Origin: a virus
Taxonomy: Duplodnaviria; Caudoviricetes
Length of the DNA stretch: 40,347 nt
IMG/VR virus record: IMGVR_UViG_3300036766_000337
Location: 1 to 40,347 of that record
Strand: one strand, 5' to 3'
Of the stretch, positions 38,385 through 40,347 are shown piece by piece. The notes beneath the pieces are model-generated. The model searched no databases. It was not told where the DNA came from and saw nothing but the letters and a program-made list of their open reading frames with translations. Positions within the stretch are counted from its first letter, which is position 1. Every line of letters begins with the position of its first letter. The position numbers and the translations under genes were made by a program.

Positions 38385-38407
38385 TAGTGATGTAACAAAT
38401 TGTTATG
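38385..38407. repeat. Palindrome copy 6 within a 23-bp direct repeat; contains the terS stop codon
   Basis: tagtgatgtaacaaattgttatg. Confidence 0.9.
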
Positions 38408-38867
38408 CACCTTGCTTGCCCATGTTGATCTGTACATTCTGCGCTATGATGGCAGCGTTGGACATTATCCTGCGGACTACATCCTCAGCCGTGTCACTCG
38501 GATTTACGGCGTGAGATTTCTTTCCATTCGCCTCTAACACAAGCTCAGCCGCCTTCAGCCTGTGCTGCGTTAGACTGCTGCTGTCCAGTGCATCTTCCAG
38601 GGCGTCTACTGCATTGCTGTACAAGCCCCGCATCTTATCATCTATCTCTTTCGACAGCCGAGAGAGTTCTGATTGCCCCAGCTCACACTCGGTTATCAGA
38701 GTTACCAGCATGGGAGTACACTTGCAGTGTCCAGCTATGATATCCCTGGACAGACCTGAGTGTTTCAGAGCGATGATCTCCTTATGCCGAGGCGACAGTC
38801 TGCGCGGCTGCCACCTCGGCTTTTCTCTTGTGAGAGCCAGATCCACTGGCAGATCAGACAGGTCCAT
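38403..38867 (-). CDS. Putative terminase small subunit
   Basis: N-terminal HTH (LSPRHKEII...GLSRDIIA), AVDAL and RLKAAELVL helices; near the start of the late operon. Confidence 0.65.
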   Translation of the reverse strand: MDLSDLPVDLALTREKPRWQPRRLSPRHKEIIALKHSGLSRDIIAGHCKCTPMLVTLITECELGQSELSRLSKEIDDKMRGLYSNAVDALEDALDSSSLTQHRLKAAELVLEANGKKSHAVNPSDTAEDVVRRIMSNAAIIAQNVQINMGKQGA

Positions 38868-39070
38868 CAGCCTTTGTTGTGGCCGCCGAACTTTGCCATA
38901 TTCCCAGTCAGGTTGACTGCCTCAGGTCCTGGACTATGGATTGGAGCTGGACTGGAGTTTGCTGCCGGGAGGGGGCCTCCCAGCACGCTCTTCTGGTAGG
39001 CTGCAAAGCCTCCACTCTCAGCTTCTCCATACACACAGGAACCACCACCAACTTCTTTACTCTTCGCCAC
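38867..39070 (-). CDS. Small hypothetical protein
   Basis: AAGGAG RBS + GTG; stop overlaps the terS start. Confidence 0.55.
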   Translation of the reverse strand: MAKSKEVGGGSCVYGEAESGGFAAYQKSVLGGPLPAANSSPAPIHSPGPEAVNLTGNMAKFGGHNKG

Positions 39071-39302
39071 AACTAACTCCTTTCTCCTGTTGTTGTTGAC
39101 ACACCTTGCTCAAGACCAATGCTCTGATCCTAGTCAAGTCCGCTTGGCTCTCCGCCTGGAGGTGGGTGCGCATGGCGGCCGACAGCTCCCTCACATCTTG
39201 CGAGCTATCCTCTCCACTCCACATATCTCTCACTAACGTCATGTCGTTATCATATCTTCCGCCGAGCCGGATGTCAACGATGGCATGAGTAAGGTTACTC
39301 AA
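39057..39302 (-). CDS. Hypothetical protein (start uncertain)
   Basis: First ORF of the late operon; overlaps the next gene. Confidence 0.45.
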   Translation of the reverse strand: MSNLTHAIVDIRLGGRYDNDMTLVRDMWSGEDSSQDVRELSAAMRTHLQAESQADLTRIRALVLSKVCQQQQEKGVSCGEE

Positions 39303-39390
39303 TAGTGAAGTGATCTAGATTTGGAAATGTAGTAGGACCCCCGCGCGAGGATACGCGATGGGGAGAGGGGGTGGGCTCTCACATCGTGGG

Positions 39391-39481
39391 CTATGACGTT
39401 TGCATAGGCAGGGGCAACTATGACAATGGCATAGTATGACACTGACATATATGACATCGGCATGACAGAGTGCATAGGCAG
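39391..39481. repeat. Cluster of (A)TGAC(A) short direct repeats plus two TGCATAGGCAG copies
   Basis: Six TGAC units and 11-mers at 39401 and 39471, in the divergent intergenic region. Confidence 0.6.
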
Positions 39482-39509
39482 AATGTATGGGGGCATAGAA
39501 TCTTTTCTG

Positions 39510-39538
39510 TTGACATGGGCTGGCAGCCGTGGTCTCAT
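39510..39538 (+). promoter_or_regulatory. Possible sigma70 promoter
   Basis: TTGACA-17 nt-TCTCAT; perfect -35, weak -10. Confidence 0.4.
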
Positions 39539-39564
39539 TGTATCACGTCAGATCACTCGACGAA

Positions 39565-39600
39565 CTGGGCGGCAACCCGGACTGTGCTCTCTAACAATTT
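39565..39600 (+). promoter_or_regulatory. rrn-type boxB-boxA antitermination-like site
   Basis: Hairpin ctggg-cggcaa-cccgg followed by TGCTCTCTAACAATTT, one mismatch to the E. coli rrn boxA region TGCTCTTTAACAATTT. Confidence 0.6.
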
Positions 39601-39641
39601 GGGCAAGCTCAGATTTTCTTATCAACTCATAGGAGATTCAA

Positions 39642-39986
39642 ATGTCCAAGCAGATCAAAGGCGATCTCGTTATCGCCAGTGTCAAAACTCGCAAAGAGCG
39701 AGGTGGGCAGGCCGTGGAGTGTGTATTCACGATGGACTTCTCGAAGGCCAACCGGGAAGATATTCTCGAACTGGCTTCCCGAGCGGTGGTTATCGGAACT
39801 CAAGCGCTCCTCCGCGAGGAGAAGGACATGACAAAGGGCGCTATGCAAACGGTGGACGTGGCCGAGTTCTGCAGCCGGGAACGTGGCTCATTCGTGGTCA
39901 CGCCTGACAACCTCGCCGCAAAAGCGAAGAAATCGCTAACCCCAGCAGAGCGGGCGACGCTGATCCGGCAACTGCAATCAATGTAA
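39642..39986 (+). CDS. Small hypothetical early protein, possible paralogue of 3487..3834
   Basis: AGGAG RBS; followed by a terminator. Confidence 0.85.
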   Translation: MSKQIKGDLVIASVKTRKERGGQAVECVFTMDFSKANREDILELASRAVVIGTQALLREEKDMTKGAMQTVDVAEFCSRERGSFVVTPDNLAAKAKKSLTPAERATLIRQLQSM

Positions 39987-40002
39987 CACAAGGTAATACA
40001 GG

Positions 40003-40030
40003 CCAGGAGCGTAAGCTCCTGGTTTTTTTT
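40003..40030 (+). terminator. Rho-independent terminator
   Basis: ccaggagc-gtaa-gctcctgg followed by T8. Confidence 0.92.
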
Positions 40031-40128
40031 CGCTCAGTTTTCGCTCAGTTTCCTCTCATCTTGTGAGCTGTCTGCAGATATGCATGAGTTATCATAGTGA
40101 ACACTCAGATAGATTCAGGTGGTGATAT

Positions 40129-40216
40129 AAAGTTATAATGTTATAAAGTTATAAGATCACAATGTTACAATGTTACAATATCATAATGTTACAATATCAT
40201 AATATTATAATGTCTA
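40129..40216. repeat. AT-rich 8-mer tandem array, about 11 units (consensus AATRTYAY)
   Basis: aaagttat aatgttat aaagttat aagatcac aatgttac aatgttac aatatcat aatgttac aatatcat aatattat aatgtcta. Confidence 0.85.
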
Positions 40217-40252
40217 GCGTTTTGAGACCCCCCCCCTCCCCCTAGCACTCCA

Positions 40253-40300
40253 CCACTTTACCACTATTCATCTATTCCACTTTTTCACTATTCCACTAAG
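40253..40300. repeat. Second 8-mer tandem array, 6 units (consensus CCACTATT)
   Basis: ccacttta ccactatt catctatt ccactttt tcactatt ccactaag. Confidence 0.75.
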
Positions 40301-40309
40301 CTTTCTTCC

Positions 40310-40347
<38 letters not shown>

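Noticed and set aside
38385-38412. ggtgcataa on the minus strand resembling the XerC arm of a dif site
   Set aside because: No XerD arm (TTATGTTAAAT) at the correct spacing.

Overview
A near-complete but truncated ~40 kb genome of a tailed dsDNA phage with podovirus-like architecture. The host is probably Gram-negative, because the lysis cassette has an Rz/Rz1 spanin pair. The + strand (1-13093) carries accessory genes, a recombination module (Cas4-like nuclease, AAA_24 ATPase, SSB-like), a ParB-methyltransferase fusion, a split UDG/exonuclease + PolA polymerase and a DUF3987-like helicase. The - strand (13114-39302) carries packaging, head, tail, lysis and ejection genes. A repeat-rich non-coding end terminates in poly(A). 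The most striking element is a complete type I hammerhead ribozyme (2962-3056) between two tiny acidic ORFs. Its stem III carries an extra hairpin displaying the anti-Shine-Dalgarno sequence ACCUCCUU, and about 350 nt downstream lies a start-codon-less 17-nt complement of the 16S rRNA 3' end. Other highlights: six intergenic copies of the palindrome TAACAAWTTGTTA, two of which bracket a 5-gene cassette between terS and terL; a prfB/antizyme-like +1 junction splitting the polymerase; a PurD-like ATP-grasp ligase between terminase and portal; and an rrn-like boxB-boxA leader. All calls come from reading motifs by eye; no database searches or folding programs were run.
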